DNA of 64,000 nucleotides from Selaginella moellendorffii (GCF_000143415.4 NW_003314286.1:449766-513765); one strand, 5' to 3'; shown: positions 50,214 to 64,000, counted from the first letter of the stretch. Made by a program: numbers and translations. Notes: generated by a model not told the origin, from the letters alone.

Positions 50214-51383
50214 CTTCCATTGAAACAGGACCATCACCCACAGGAAGTGATGTGAAGTGAGAAGTGGAAGAGGTGATGTTTCATAATGTTGTGCCAAGCG
50301 AAAAGCATTGTCAAGGGTGGTGGGAGCAAGTGCATGCATAAGTCTAATAAGATCTTGACAAAGTGCTGGCCACAACATTCCTAGCTTGATCTGCTTCGAC
50401 ATATTTGGCTCCACACAAAGCAATAGGCTTTAGAAACAAATGCTAAATTGCATCACCAACTCACATGGCCCTTGACGAAGACAATGCAATTGCGATTGCA
50501 TGTTTAAACACGTCCGGGAGAATATTCCAATCCCCACAAGTGGCTACATTCAAACCATTGTACCATTACAACGCCGTCCCTTGGAGACATATGGGAAACT
50601 CATACAAACGTCAAGAATCATCCCAAGAATGATATATGGCAATCACCATGAAGTGATCAAACTAATGGTATACATCATCCCTAAAATTCCTACAAAAGAA
50701 CTCTGGCTGAACACAAGGATTGGCACTAAAAATAGAAAAAGTTGTATTACGTGCCGTGAATGCCGCCATCAACTGAGTTTGTTTGTTCAATTGCAATCAC
50801 ATAGCATCAAACAATTGTACCAACTGCTGCTCTAGAGTCAAAAGATACCTAGCATCTCCAAATATGTTCAATTATTGGATCGTTCCAGATGTTTTGAGCG
50901 ATTTTACTGGTGTTGACCTTTAGGGGAGCTATGGATGGAGATAGACATTTATCTTGTGTTTCTTTTTCCCATTTTTTTGCAAAAGGAAGTAGTTTGTGCA
51001 TGCTGATGGCTTGTGTCTCCATGAGCTCCATAACTTGCATTCAATGAGTGCCAAGTTTCCAGAGGTTTGAAAAACGAGTAAAAAAGTTTCATTCACTACA
51101 TTAGGATTGAGCTTAAAAAGGAGTTGCCATCAAATTAAAGTTGTTTTCTCTTTTGGAAATATTTATACCTAGAGCATTTCGTGATTGTGAGATTAAATCA
51201 CTGTTCACATCTAGGTTTGGGCTCTTTGGCATGCTCAAGCCCAATGGCACCCTTCAGTCCACTCGTTTTTTTTTTCACAAAGCCAAAAGTACTTCTTTAT
51301 TTTTTCTAAGTCAAGGGTTAGGTTATAATCTTTCTCACTTGGATTTTTCTATTGTCGATGGCTCTCGCGCTCACGCCGCCCCA

Positions 51384-52046
51384 ATGCTTGCCCGCCGAGC
51401 TCAAGCGCCCCAGCATGGCGGCCATCACCGAGCTTCACACCCACGAGCTCCAGCTCTAGCTCCAGCACATCCAGCACACCACCATGGACACCAAGGCCAC
51501 GAGCCAGCACCAGCTTTAGCTCCAGTTCTTCAAGGTGACGCTCCAGATCGAGCCCCAGCGCCAGCTGCTTTCGTTCACCCTGCTCATCTAGCTCTAGCAC
51601 CTGCTATCCTTGATCATGCTCGCCACCACCATCCAGCTCCAGCAGCAGCAGTGTACCATCATCATCACGGTGATGGAGCTCCTCTGGTTGTTCACCACCA
51701 TGGTCACCACCATGGAGGATGCCACAACCACCACCACCACCACCACCACGGTCACGACGCAGCAGTGGCCACACCAACACCCGCAGCAGTAGTTACAGTG
51801 GTTCGGAGGACGCCATGGTCACTGCTCCAGCTTCTTCTCTGGGTTTTGGTTGCGATCTTGGTGCTGCTCGCGTGCTTTTTGCTCGTGCAATGGATGTTAT
51901 CTCGAAGGAAGCAGCGCAGTAATGTGATCTTTCGGGATTCCGGGTGGCAGATTGAAGTTGTGGTGGACGATCCTCCGACTGAGAAGAAACAGCTGGAAGC
52001 TCACACTCGTGGTTCGCACAGCAATGGCACTCTAGGATTGTTATGA
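51384..52046 (+). CDS. His/Pro/Ala-rich single-pass membrane protein; the original 3' end (56960-57000) was separated by the Gypsy insertion
   Basis: APAP and poly-His tracts, TM helix LLQLLLWVLVAILVLLACFLLVQW followed by RRKQR. Start codon uncertain. Confidence 0.5.
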   Translation: MLARRAQAPQHGGHHRASHPRAPALAPAHPAHHHGHQGHEPAPALAPVLQGDAPDRAPAPAAFVHPAHLALAPAILDHARHHHPAPAAAVYHHHHGDGAPLVVHHHGHHHGGCHNHHHHHHHGHDAAVATPTPAAVVTVVRRTPWSLLQLLLWVLVAILVLLACFLLVQWMLSRRKQRSNVIFRDSGWQIEVVVDDPPTEKKQLEAHTRGSHSNGTLGLL

Positions 52047-55000
52047 TCCGGCGCAAAAAGACAAAAATCTCATTGCCCTAGACTATGCTACGCCACCTCT
52101 TGAGGTTCCTCACCACCCAACCACCCCCGAGCTACCTCAAAAGCTCCATTGCGCCGCCGCTCCACTGTGAGCCCTAGGGTAGGTTAAGTCCCTTACCCTA
52201 ACATGCCTTAATATACCCTTGAGCCTCCCTTTGACCGATGTTGACCACGTAGTCAAAGCTGGCGCCTAACAATTCTTCCCCCCCAACAAAGTCTTTGTCC
52301 CAAGGACTAGTTGTACCGGTGATCACCCTTTCTGGGGAATCCTGCTCAAGCTCTTGGTCCATCTTCCACAGCCGTATACATCAAGGAGGCATTGGGCCCG
52401 TCACTCCGAGATAGTACACTTTTCAACTGGCTGACATAAAATACCGGATGAATTTTCACCCCATCTGGCAGCCGCACCCGATAAGCCGCTTTACCAATGC
52501 GCTCCAGCACTTCATATGGACCAGCATATCGATGGGAGAGTTTATCACTCTTCCCTATCCGTAAAGGCACCAAGGTGTTCCGCCGCTCACTTGACGGAAA
52601 GATCACTCGCACGAAGACGAGATCACCCACCTTATATTCCCGGAATTGGCGATGCTCATTAGCAAACTTCTCCGCTCTATCCTGAGCTGCTTGCAAATTC
52701 CGTTTGCATACCACCAGAATCTCATCAAGTTCTGTGGCCAGATCAGTTGCCTCGGAATCAAGCTTTTCTTGAACGTCCTTACTCAAATGCAATCCCAACT
52801 CCACCGCTGTTCGAGGATGCCTTCCAAACATCTCAAAGTAAGGACTTAGCTTGGTTCCACTGTGTTGGCTATTGTTGTAAGCAAATTGCACCAACGGAAG
52901 ATATAAATCCCACTGTCCTTGCCTTTGACCAATGCTACAACGTAGCATATCCTCCACCACCTGATTCACACGCTCAGTTTGCCCATCCGTCTGAGGATGA
53001 TCTCCACTCGAGAGTTTCAAAGTCACTTGCATTGCCTTTGCAAAGCTTTTCCAAAATCCACTGGTGAACTTTGAATCTCGATCACTAATGATGTCCTCTG
53101 GCAAACCAAAATCAGGAAAAACCTTCTCCAAGTAAACCGCAGCCAAGTCTGAGGCAGTGACAGTCTTCCGAAGAGCCAACAACCGCACATACTTCGTCAA
53201 CCGATCTACTATGACCCATACTTGCTCCTTTTGCCTCTGTGTTCGTGGCAAACAAGTGATGAAGTCCATAGAGATACTACACCAACGGCTCTGAGGAATA
53301 GGTAAAGGTTGCAAAAGTCCCCCCGGCTTCTCCCGTGGCACCTTAACCCGCTGACAAAGCTCGCATGATTTACAATACTTGAGGATATCAGCCTTCATAT
53401 TCCTCCAATAAAAGTTGCGCTTAATCAACTCATACGTCTTCTTCCCCCCAAAATGACCGGCCTCTGGACGATCATGATAGTGGAATAAAACTTGAGTAAT
53501 TAACGCATCCACCCGTGGCAAATAGACACGGCCATTGTAGTAGAGAATCCCATCCACCAATGAGAAAGGAGCTTCCATCTGGTCTCGCAAAGAGGCCACC
53601 TCAGCATCCTGAGCCTGAGCATGCTCAACTAATTGCCCAAACTCGCTGACCACCTTACTCAATTGATGACAAAATCGTGTTCGTAACGTCGTCACATGAC
53701 GAACACGAGATAAAGCATCCGCCACCACATTTGATTTTCCCGGACGATGCTCAATAGGAAACTCCCCAAACTCCATGAGTTTGACCATCCAACGAGCTTG
53801 CCTAGTGTTCAACTCCTTCTGTGTGAAAAGATACACAAGGGGTTTGTGATCTGTCAACACCATGAACACTACACCATAAAGATAGTGCCGCCACGTCCGC
53901 AAAGCATGAACAATAGAGAGTAACTCTTGCTCATATGTGGAATAGCGTTGCTCCGCGGAATTCAAAGTTCGACTCTCATATGCAATAGGCTGTCCCTCTT
54001 GCATGAGAACTCCTCCCAGTGCATAACCACTCGCATCGCATGTCACCTCGTAAGGTTTCGATGGATCAGCAATGCGAAGCACTGGAGCCTCGCTCAACAA
54101 TCGTTTCAACGCCACAAAACTCTCCTCTTGTGGCGTCTTCCACTCGAATGGCACATTCTTGCGTAACAACCGCGTCAACGGAATAGCCACCTCTGCAAAC
54201 TTATGCTGGAAACGTCGGTAGTAATTAGCCATACCAAGAAAACTGCGCAACTCGGCCACTGTAGTCGGTGTAGGCCAGTTTTCCACCACAGCCACCTTCC
54301 TTGGATCCGTTTTGACACCCTTAGATGTCACAATATGGCCTAGATATTCCACCTCCGACTTTGCAAATTCACATTTGCTCTTCTTCGCATAAAGTTTGCT
54401 ATCTCGAAGTAACAAAAGAACCTTGCGCAAATGCACCCTATGCTCCTCCATATTCTTGCTAAAAACAAGAATATCGTCCAAGAAAATCTCCACAAACTCA
54501 TGAAGATAACGCCCAAATACCTCCGTCATCAACCGAGTAAATGTGGCCGGTGCATTCGTCAAACCAAACGGCATAACGGTAAACTCAAAATGTCCGAAGC
54601 TTGTGTTGAATGCCGTCTTGGAGATAGATGCATCATCCATTGCAATCTGATGATATCCACTCCTCAGATCAATCTTGGTAAACACTCGTGCTTCACCAAG
54701 CTTGTCTAGGATATCATCCACACGTGGCATCGGCATCTTGTCCTTCACTGTCTTCTTGTTTAAAGCACGGTAGTCAATACACATCCGCATTGAACCGTCC
54801 TTCTTCTTCACAAGCAAGACCGGAGCACCAAATGGAGACTTACTTGGCTAAATGAATCCAAACTCAAGTAACTCCTTGACTTGTCGTTGAACTTCTTGCT
54901 CCTCCGCATAACTTAACTGAAATGGACGCCGGTAAATTGGCCGTGTCCCCGGCTCCAATGTAATCCCATGCTCCACACCTCGTAACGGAGGTAATCCATG

Positions 55001-56954
55001 AGGAAGTTCAGATGGAAAAACATCAGAAAACTCGTCGAGTACATCCCGTACTGTTGCTTCTCCCCCACACGTGCCTTGGTCGCCCAAGTCACGAACAAAC
55101 AGCAAGTAACTCGAAAGTGCTTTTCCATTACGACAAGCCCGCTTCAAAGATGTAGCAGAGAGCATAACAACTGGTGGTTGAACGCCCTCGCCAAACCACA
55201 CATCTTTAACTCCACCATACTCCAGCGAGATACGCTTAATGCTCCACTTTATCTCTGGATCCACCTTCACCAACCATGGCATCCCAAGAATGAGATCCAC
55301 ACGATGGATATCCGCGAGATAAAAAGTCTCCACAAGTGTGGTTTTGCCAACCAACACTTCCAGCCCCTCGACATAAGCATCGAAATGCTGAGCAGAGGTA
55401 GCTGCACCTTCCACTGTGTATGGAAGAACTCCACGTGTGTTCAGGCGATGCTCCGCAACAAACTTTGCCGAAACAAAGTTGTCATCGCTCCCACTATCCA
55501 GTAAAATCCGCACTGGATCGCCACGGAACACGCCCTCCAGCATTAAAGCTGATTCACGCGTATCCTCAAGCTCCATCTTGTTCCACACACAGTTGAGCTG
55601 ACGAGCAACGATCGAAAGTCGCTTCCTCCGACCGGAATGGTCGTTCTCCTCCTCCTCACGCTGCAAAGTTTGCAACTTTTTAGTATCGGACTTACCGTGA
55701 GAAGAAGATTGGCCATTCTTCTTGTCCTGCTGCTTGTTCTTCAACTGCGGACAATCAGCCTTGTAGTGTCCAAGTTCGCCGCAATGATGACAACCCTGTC
55801 TATAATTCTTCACAAAGAACTTCTGCTTCTTGGACCCCTTTGCATCCGAGGTAGTCACCACCGACTTCAACTTGTGATGCTTGTTCCCATCCTTGTGTCC
55901 ACGGCGATCATCACGACGATTCTCGACAGAAGGACTCCGTGAACGCTTGCGAGACTTGTGCTTGTCATTGTCAAGGCGACGAGCCGCATCAAAGAGCTCC
56001 TCCAAACTCTTTGTAGGCTGAGAATGACGCAAGTGTTGCCGCATGCTCTCACTATGTAGGCCATCAATGAAGTAGGACTTGTTCTGATCTGGATCCTTCG
56101 TTGGAACACGACTAATCAAGCGAGTAAGCTTCTCAATATAGTCCCCGAGCGTCATTTTCCCTTGCTGGAAATGGCGAAGTTCTGTACGAGCATTCTCCAC
56201 GTCGTAATGAGGGGCAAAACGTAAACGGAAAGCAGCCTCAAACTCATCCATGGTAGACACTGGTGGTTTCTTATCCGCAACACGGGACTCCTCAAGCCAA
56301 TTCCACCATCGAAGACCCGCATCACGCAAAACCATCGGAATAGCCACTAAAGCCTCTGCATCTGGAGTTCCTCTAGCAGCCAAGAACTTCTTCACATTGG
56401 CTAGCCAAGCAAGACACTCGTCCACACCACCATCACCGGAAAAGGTTGGAATCTTGAGTCGATCTACCAAAGAAGGCTTACTTGGAGCGCTACCCCGTCC
56501 AGCCTCGAGTGCCTCAACACGCCCACGCATGGTATCCATCATGCCATGCATCTCGTCTTGCATCTCTTGCTGATTTTTATTAAGGGCTCGCAGCTCATGA
56601 ACCACATCTTGAATGGTCCAAATCTCCGCAGCTTCGTCGGCACCATCGTCGGCACCACCATCGATGATAGGATTCCAGCGTTCAGTTTGGTCGGCCATCG
56701 CAACCAATGCTCTGATACCAATGTTATGATCCGGCGCAAAAAGACAAAAATCTCGTTGCCCTAGACTATGCTACGCCACCTCTTGAGGTTCCTCACCACC
56801 CAACCACCCCCGAGCTACCTCAAAAGCTCCACTGCGCCGCCGCTCCACTGTGAGCCCTAGGGTAGGTTAAGTCCCTTACCCTAACATGCCTTAATATACC
56901 CTTGAGCCTCCCTTTGACCGATGTTGACCACGTAGTCAAAGCTGGCGCCTAACA
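52039..56954 (-). mobile_element. Near-intact Ty3/Gypsy LTR retrotransposon (LTRs 52039-52271 and 56722-56954)
   Basis: 233-bp LTRs with 2 differences seen, AGGAT TSD, PBS TGGTATCAGAGC (56709-56720), PPT GGGGGGGAAGAAT (52272-52284). Confidence 0.96.
52346..56707 (-). CDS. Gag-Pol polyprotein with one in-frame TAG at 54848-54850
   Basis: CHHCGELGHYKADC knuckle, LLDSGS protease, FLDD RT, CDASG RNase H, HHCC and DDE integrase. Confidence 0.93.
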
Positions 56955-57305
56955 AGGATTCTCCTCAAAGTGTCCTGCCAACACTGGCAGTGACGCGTAA
57001 GTCAGCACAGTGCATGCGTTGTCACATGGAAGATTGTGTACAAACAATCTTCAAGGAGATGAAGTTGCAGAGCAAGAAGACAGCAGACTCTTGCTCACGG
57101 ACAATGAAGATCACATACAAGGGTCAACTACCAGACTTGGAAGTTATTGCACAGCTGGCTCGGAACATGGACTGGAAAATAGAGCAAGAACCTACCAAGT
57201 TTCAATTTGACTGAGCTATCCTCTAGAGTGACAGGGGAGCAGACATTAGTGCACCTCCAAAGGCCAGAGAAGTTGCTTGAGACGAAAGGTTTGAGAAAAG
57301 GTAAC

Positions 57306-57509
57306 AAGCTCTATTTCGTTAAAGTGGGATTTATTCAGTAAAATGGGACTAGGTACAAATTTTCAAGTATTTGAAAATGACGTGAAATTATATGTTTTTT
57401 GTCCAGGGGCTAGACATATCTGGGGCATGGTGACTAGCGCGGTGACTTTGTGTCCAGACTGAGTCCATCTGGTTGTATAATAAATCTCATTGTCAAGGTG
57501 AACAAGCCG
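57306..57509 (-). mobile_element. 204-bp one-ended copy of the DNA transposon right end (33080-33283)
   Basis: Reverse-complement match beginning at the TIR tip AAGCTCT, flanked by 21-bp direct repeats. Confidence 0.9.
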
Positions 57510-57559
57510 TTTGAGAAAAAGGTTTGAGAAAAGGTAACGTACTACTTTTGCTCTCTGTT

Positions 57560-58280
57560 CTTGCAGGCGCTCAAAGCTCAACTTCGATGAGAAGACGCAG
57601 TGCAGGGCATAGCAGCCAGATAAGTTTCTCCAGAGTCAAGCCGGGAATCAAGCAAGTGCAATTGTGAAAGTATGGTCGAAGTCTACACTGCGGCTTGCAA
57701 CACAGGTTGTTCAACAAGATGGGACGAAGAACAGGATAGGTTGGTCTACCTCGCAAATTGTGAATACAAAGCCGATGCATTCGTCACAAGCAGCCTCGTG
57801 GACATGTGGAAGCATCAGAAGTGTTCAGGAGGACAAATAAACATGACATTGGTTGCCTGGAACACGATCATCATGGGACAGCACGTCTTCTATCAGATGG
57901 AACGAGAAGCTGGCCTGTCTCCAAACGCTGAGACTTTGCATGGAGTAGCAAAACATCGTTTCCTGGGATATGCTGAGAACAACCTTTGCTCTTGAGTACT
58001 ATGAGCAAGCCAGCAGCCAAACGCTCAGACTTTCATGGTGGCGCTCAAGGCACACAGCGACTTAGCAGAGAAGAGGCTCCACTCACAGATCTGGGAGAGA
58101 AATCTGGATGGAATCCACTACTCAGCATGCTTGCTCAATGAGAGAAAAGCTTATCTCAGGAGGTTGGTAAACTTTGCAAGGAAAGAGTGTGATGCAAGGT
58201 TGATGGAGCTGTCCATAAAACCCAAACAAAGATGGCACCTGAAAAGACGCAAAAGGATCTTAGCTGGCACACCATGGTGA
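57560..58280 (+). pseudogene. Degenerate PPR gene
   Basis: DAFVTSSLVDMW, LVAWNTII and FYQMEREAGLSPNAET fragments with stops. Confidence 0.6.
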
Positions 58281-60060
58281 AGGATAAAAAATATGAGAGA
58301 CAATACTTATCTATTCATTCATTGAGTATTTTAATTGATCAATGGTTATAAACATATTTATAATTTATAAGTCAAGATTAATAAATAGTAGAATAAACAA
58401 GAATATACTAGAAAGTGTTTAGGAAAGATTATAAATTATAAATAAAAAGAATAATCTAAATGAACAACAACTATTAGCTATTAAAATATCCTAGAATCTC
58501 CAAGCATATTTAAATATAGCCAATATTGCTACAGGTTTGCTTAAGCAAACCAATTATAGATTTATAGTGTTTGGTCACTTTAAATCTGTACAAGCCTATT
58601 CACAAATGTATTTACATTAGTATATTTAACTTTTTTCATTAGTGTATATGGGACTTAATTTTCTTCAAAATTTTATTGTGGATTAGATGTTATATTCTTC
58701 TTTCAACCATGCCCTGTACATATATACAAACTTTATAATTACAATTCAAGTTCTTTAAATCTTTCTTGATTTCATATTAGTAGACGAGAAACAACAAATA
58801 TATGTAGATTACAAATACTTGGTCAAAGGAAGCAAAGACAACATACTCAAAGGCATTATAATTAAAAGTAAAAGATCAACGTTAAGCACCAATACCATCA
58901 TCACGAGTATATGATTCTCATTTATGAAAGTGACACTGTAAATAGAAAGCTTTACAACAAAGTTGCAATTACACATAATTCTTTAAATGTTAAAATTCTA
59001 GAGTATTTTATCCTTTGCATAGGATGGATCCAAGTGTTAAATTTTGGATTCATTATAACATCTAAATATGAGGTGAAAAAAAATAGATATTGATATTGTA
59101 ATTGAAATTGAAAAAAAATTATATATAAATGACATTGAAAACAATATAGGGCATTTATTAAAATTACACTAAAAATGTAATGAAAGCATAATATAGATAT
59201 ATAACTTTAATAATTAGTATAAGTACTAATTATTAGATATTAAAATAATAATTTTTTTCTCTAAATTAGGTGATAATGCAAAGCCTCTATCAAATAGCAA
59301 CTATTGCCCATAAAGATTAGATACTTAAATTACTATTTTTAAAATACCTGTTTAATAAAAATATTACAGCTAAAACATTAATAAAATATTCTTTAGTGTA
59401 TAAAAATATTTTTGTTAACTCCTTTATTTAAGTTCTTTTTATTAGAAAATCCTTTTAAATAGAGCATAATCCTTTATAGTAATAGTTATTTAAGAGAAAT
59501 GCTATTTTAAGTTCTTTTTTGAACAACACATACCATGTTGGAATAAAATATGGTTATGCCTTACGAATGGTCTGTGCAATGTCAATTATCCAAAAACAAA
59601 AAAATAAACTATATATTTGGTTATTTGGGTGAAATTGATGAATTTGAAGTTTTATACTTTCGTTGAAATTTTAAATGAACCCTTTATAACTATAATAACA
59701 ATCTCACTTTTCTCAAGAAATTAATGTTCCTTAACATTACAAATGCATGGTCAGAGGAATCAAAGACATTGGTAAAGAACTAGTTATTAGTATTGTATTT
59801 GAATTTGATATATTAAAAATAAAGATTAATATATAAATTAATATTTTTTAGTAATAATTATATATTTAGTAATACTAAATAAAGTGCATTTATTATTTAA
59901 ATTAGGTCAGAAATAAAACCTCTAAAATTTCAGATTGTGAGTGCATGGAATATGGAAAGAAAATACAAAAAATATGCATTAGCCCAAAAACCCTAGTGTA
60001 TATATAGGAGCAAGTGGTCCAAATTAAAACTAATCTAACAACTACTAAATCTTACTACAC

Positions 60061-60160
60061 NNNNNNNNNNNNNNNNNNNNNNNNNNNNNNNNNNNNNNNN
60101 NNNNNNNNNNNNNNNNNNNNNNNNNNNNNNNNNNNNNNNNNNNNNNNNNNNNNNNNNNNN
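60061..60160. other. Assembly gap (100 N)
   Basis: N run. Confidence 1.
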
Positions 60161-63045
60161 CATTTCAACCGTTGCACATGCACAATTTTTGGAGGATCGA
60201 CATATTGGATGTCATACCAAACCTCATAAACTTGTGGTTCAACTTGCCGCAACACTCAATATGATCCTTTTCACTAAGCAAGGAGCCCTTTATATAAACC
60301 ACATACTGTAAGATGGGGAAAACAAACTAACACTATGTCATCCACTTTGTACTCTACAGACGGACAATGATGGGACTTGTAGCACTATTGTTGTCCCACT
60401 GTATACGGCCTAAGTGTTTGACAGACTTTACTCGAACAAGTGGAAGAATGCTCGTCAAATATTGATCCCACAACCTAGCATTGGCAGCTCGTGACAATTG
60501 CGAAGGTAAACCCAGTTCTGTTGGTAATATTAAATTATGACCACATAAAAGTTTATATGGTGAAGCAACAATAGAACTCTGCACCCCTGTCATATATGCA
60601 TACCAAAAAGACGGCAAATAACCATCCCAATTCGAATGTCTAAAAGTTAAGGTACTTTGTGATCATCCCTTTGAACGTCCGAATGAGCCATTCCACCAAA
60701 CCGTCTAATTATGGATGATAATCATTCGTGAAAGTGTGGTGTATCCCCAACCGAGACCTCAAAACATAAAATGCTTTAGCCATAAATGCGGGACCATTGT
60801 TTGAAAGAATCCGCTCTGGACAAGAATGCTAGAATACCACTTGATTGAGGAGGAAGTATTTAATAGCAGTTGTAGAGGCGCTAGCAAGAGCACCAACTTC
60901 CACCCAATGAGTCAAGTAGTCAAAAGCAATAATAACATATTCATTGCCAATAATCGATCGTGGAAAAGGTCTTATAAGATCAAACGCCACCAACTTAAAC
61001 GGACGCAAAATTGTAATTAACTCCAACTGTCTTTCCGAGGCACGAGGGGGAGTATTACGGGCTTGGCACCAAATGTAGTTATGCACATACTAGATAACAT
61101 CACGTTGCATCTCCGGCCAATAGAAAGACCTGTGCAGCTTTTCAATCACACAATTATATCCCATATGCTTGTCTAGAACAAAAGAATCATGGTAGGCATG
61201 GAGAAACCGTAGAATAAAAACAGAAGGCACCACCAGCTGTAAAGGATCATTAGAATCTGTCCCCACAAAATAAATAAAGCTATCTTCAAGGCGATATTGA
61301 GAATGTAAATGCCAGAATAGCAAATTATCAGCAAATGATGCAAGATTCTCAAACCCATCTCAAAGCATTTGAATCCACAACTTAATCATTTGAGCCTTGT
61401 GAACCTCATGAATATAAGGTAAATCTTGTTCTGCACCTTATGGATACTGAATGTCAAGTACAGCAACTGCCAACGGCACAGAATTCTCGTCTAGAAAATT
61501 CACAAATGCTGGAACAACAGGTTTGTTAGAAATATGAGAAGAAAGAGAAGGAAAAGAGCTCAAGAAAGGGCATCAACATTAGCCATAGAATTCCCTAGGT
61601 GATGAACAACATCAAAATCAAATATCTGAAGCTTTAAAGCCCACTGAGCAGTATGATCAATCAGGTTCTTCCGCTTCAATAATGAAGTAACGGCAGCATG
61701 ATCACCTTCAAGTAACTTTCGAGAACTATGTAGATATGCATGAAGTTTCTCAAAACCCTAGACTGCTGCTAAACACTCTTTCTCTGTCGTGAAGTAGTTC
61801 ACTGCCGCTAGTTGTAACTCACATTTTGGAGTAGGGAACTTTAGGATAACTATAAATTTGTCATGATTAACTTGCAAACCCTCACGAGAAATACGGTACC
61901 CAAGATAAGTTGTGTCTTTGGACCCAAACACGCACTTTGACCGCTTCAACTTTAAGCCAACATCCCATACTTGATCCAACACTTTACAAACATCATAAAT
62001 GTGCTCCTCCCATATCCCCTCTAAGTGGATCAAGACGTCTTCAATGAAGTCAGTAGTCATCTCCAACATATCGCAAAGAACCTTATCCATCATCCACTGA
62101 AAAGTTGCAAAAGCATTGTTCAAATCAAACGGCATCACCAATAACTTGTACAAACTAAACAGTGTACAAAAAGCAGTCTTAGGAATATCTTTCTCGGCCA
62201 TCAGTACTTGCCAATAACCAGAAGCAAGATTTAACTTGGTGAACCAACGATTTCACCCTAGACGATCGAAGAGATCAGTTGTGTAAGGAAGAGGGTACAC
62301 ATATGAGATTGTCACTTCGTTTAACGAACAATAGTCAATGCAAAAACAAATACTCCTATCAGACTTCATCACAAGATGAGGTTCACAAGCCCAAAGACTC
62401 CGCAACATCCGAATAACACCCTTCTCCAACATCTTCTTGACATTTGCACGTAAAAATCTTGATCTCTTTGGGTGACCGACAACAAACAGGAACCTTGATT
62501 GAACGAGCATCCCCAGTTGGAATTGGATGACATGTGGCAATCTTGGCCCTAGATAATAAGTCAAATTCAAAGAGATCAAAATACTCTTTCATGAGCCGGT
62601 CAACTGCTGCAACATAAAAATTGTCAGAGGGATCAAAAAAGAGAAGAGCAAAACAAGATGGAAACATAGGAGGAAGTAGTGGGGGGACAAAAGAAATGGA
62701 AGTAGAGGTAAAAGTAGAGAGACAAAGAGTATGAAAGTGAAATATAAAGAAATATGAAACAAAGGGGAGAAGCCTCAAAGTCACACTTGGCATGATTGCC
62801 CTGCAACCAATCTATACCAAGGATGAAGTCAAAAGCTTGACTTGGCACCACTCGCAATGATTGCAACCCAAACTCGAGATCGCCCACACGCACAACTAGG
62901 TTTGCCTCATCCCATGCACATGCATATGTACGACCGTTGCCATAAACAATGAAAACTGGCTCCACTAGATGGCAACATGTGGCAACAGGTCAAGCAATAG
63001 AAGATAAACTCGAACCTATATCAACTAACATAGAGAGAATAATAG
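60161..63045 (-). mobile_element. Second decayed Gypsy family B pol copy
   Basis: Colinear with 39656-42290, with a deletion between RT and RNase H near 61820. Confidence 0.85.
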
Positions 63046-64000
63046 AAGACATGGTGTGGAACCTGAGGTTCAGGGCCTTGGGCCCTGAACGAAGGAATGG
63101 TGCCAAACTCCCAAGCATGGAGCCAATGAGTGATAGAACCGATCCATGGAGCAACTCCCGAGCGTACAGCCCAAGGAGTGAAGGGACAGAAGCCTGGAAT
63201 GACTTGGAATAGTTCTAGAGCAACCAGCATCTCATTGCCAAGACCAGCACGCAAAACGGAGCCAAATAGAGTCTGGCGCTATTTCGGTATACCGGTGGCC
63301 TAACGCGAGGACATCGGTACTCCACCAGCTAGCGTGGAATGGAACTTGGGCTTAGACCCAAGCCGGACGTAGAACAAGGACAAGCACACAAGCAGAAGCT
63401 AGACTATGCCTCAAGTTAATCAGCCATGCCCAACCTACCCACTATCCTTACTACACATTTGAAACCCTCCACAGCCCCCCCCCTGAGGAACATACACTTT
63501 GGGCTTTCACCCCAAGCCTCCTTTAGTACCAAGAGTTAGTCTCTAGGACAAGCTCGAAACTTACTAAATATGAAATGTCCCTAGATTGTGAATTTAGACA
63601 CGGGACGAACACCATTGTGTTCAGGCCAATCTTTACATTCCGTAAATATGCCAAATGAGTGAATCTAGACACTTTCCATAAATAGCATTTGAGACCGAAA
63701 TAATTCTAACACAAAGGGCATGATAGTGAGGGTGTTTGGCAGACATGGTAAACTATCATTTAGCGAGTATTGAGGGACCAAGCTAAATATCGCGGGGGTT
63801 CCCAACACTAACAAGTGCAAGTCAACGAATAAGTTTCTCTAACCAAGTTAAGTATACTTGACTAAATAGACACTTAGGAATTCCTTCCTTATGCTCATCT
63901 GGTCAAGTGCACACGTGAAAACCAGTTTCTCAACTAGCTTAGGCGAAGACTGATAATGGGTCCAACAATATTGATCTCTTGCCGTCGTGGCAGTAAAGAA

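Noticed and set aside
56990-57214. Possible HMA-like ORF (CMRCHMEDC)
   Set aside because: The motif spacing is not CxxC and it is out of frame with the upstream gene.
58280-60060. AT-rich tract
   Set aside because: No ORF, terminal repeats or periodicity that I could support.
63050-63530. Possible LTR related to family A
   Set aside because: Only short shared motifs; ends and TSD could not be defined within the window.

Overview
Eukaryotic land-plant DNA. The very compact genes, ~50-70 bp introns and PLS-type PPRs suggest a lycophyte such as Selaginella; this is an inference. Bases 1-22.4 kb are a gene-dense block: an eIF4B-motif/zinc-knuckle gene, a carnosine N-methyltransferase-like gene, CstF-50, a coiled-coil gene, an NSR-like RRM gene, a small putative plastid membrane protein, ClpP5, three tandem LISCL-type GRAS genes, an sn-2 GPAT, GINS PSF2 and a PLS-E PPR. 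Bases 22.6-64 kb are a nested transposon field. The most unusual item is a 9.4-kb DNA transposon (23916-33283) with 24-bp TIRs and an ATAA target-site duplication. It encodes a Sola-like DDE/D transposase and a divergent multi-exon cargo gene (a degenerate DNA-methyltransferase-like fold, an acidic linker and an FCP1-like HAD phosphatase). It also carries about 16 copies of a 22-bp palindrome that I did not see elsewhere in the window. Other elements are a young non-autonomous LTR element with satellite-containing LTRs and twin tRNA-like T-loop hairpins, a nearly intact Gypsy inserted in a His-rich gene, decayed Gypsy copies, a Helitron helicase remnant next to SMC6 exon fragments, and an N gap. 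All family assignments come from motif recognition; no database search was run.
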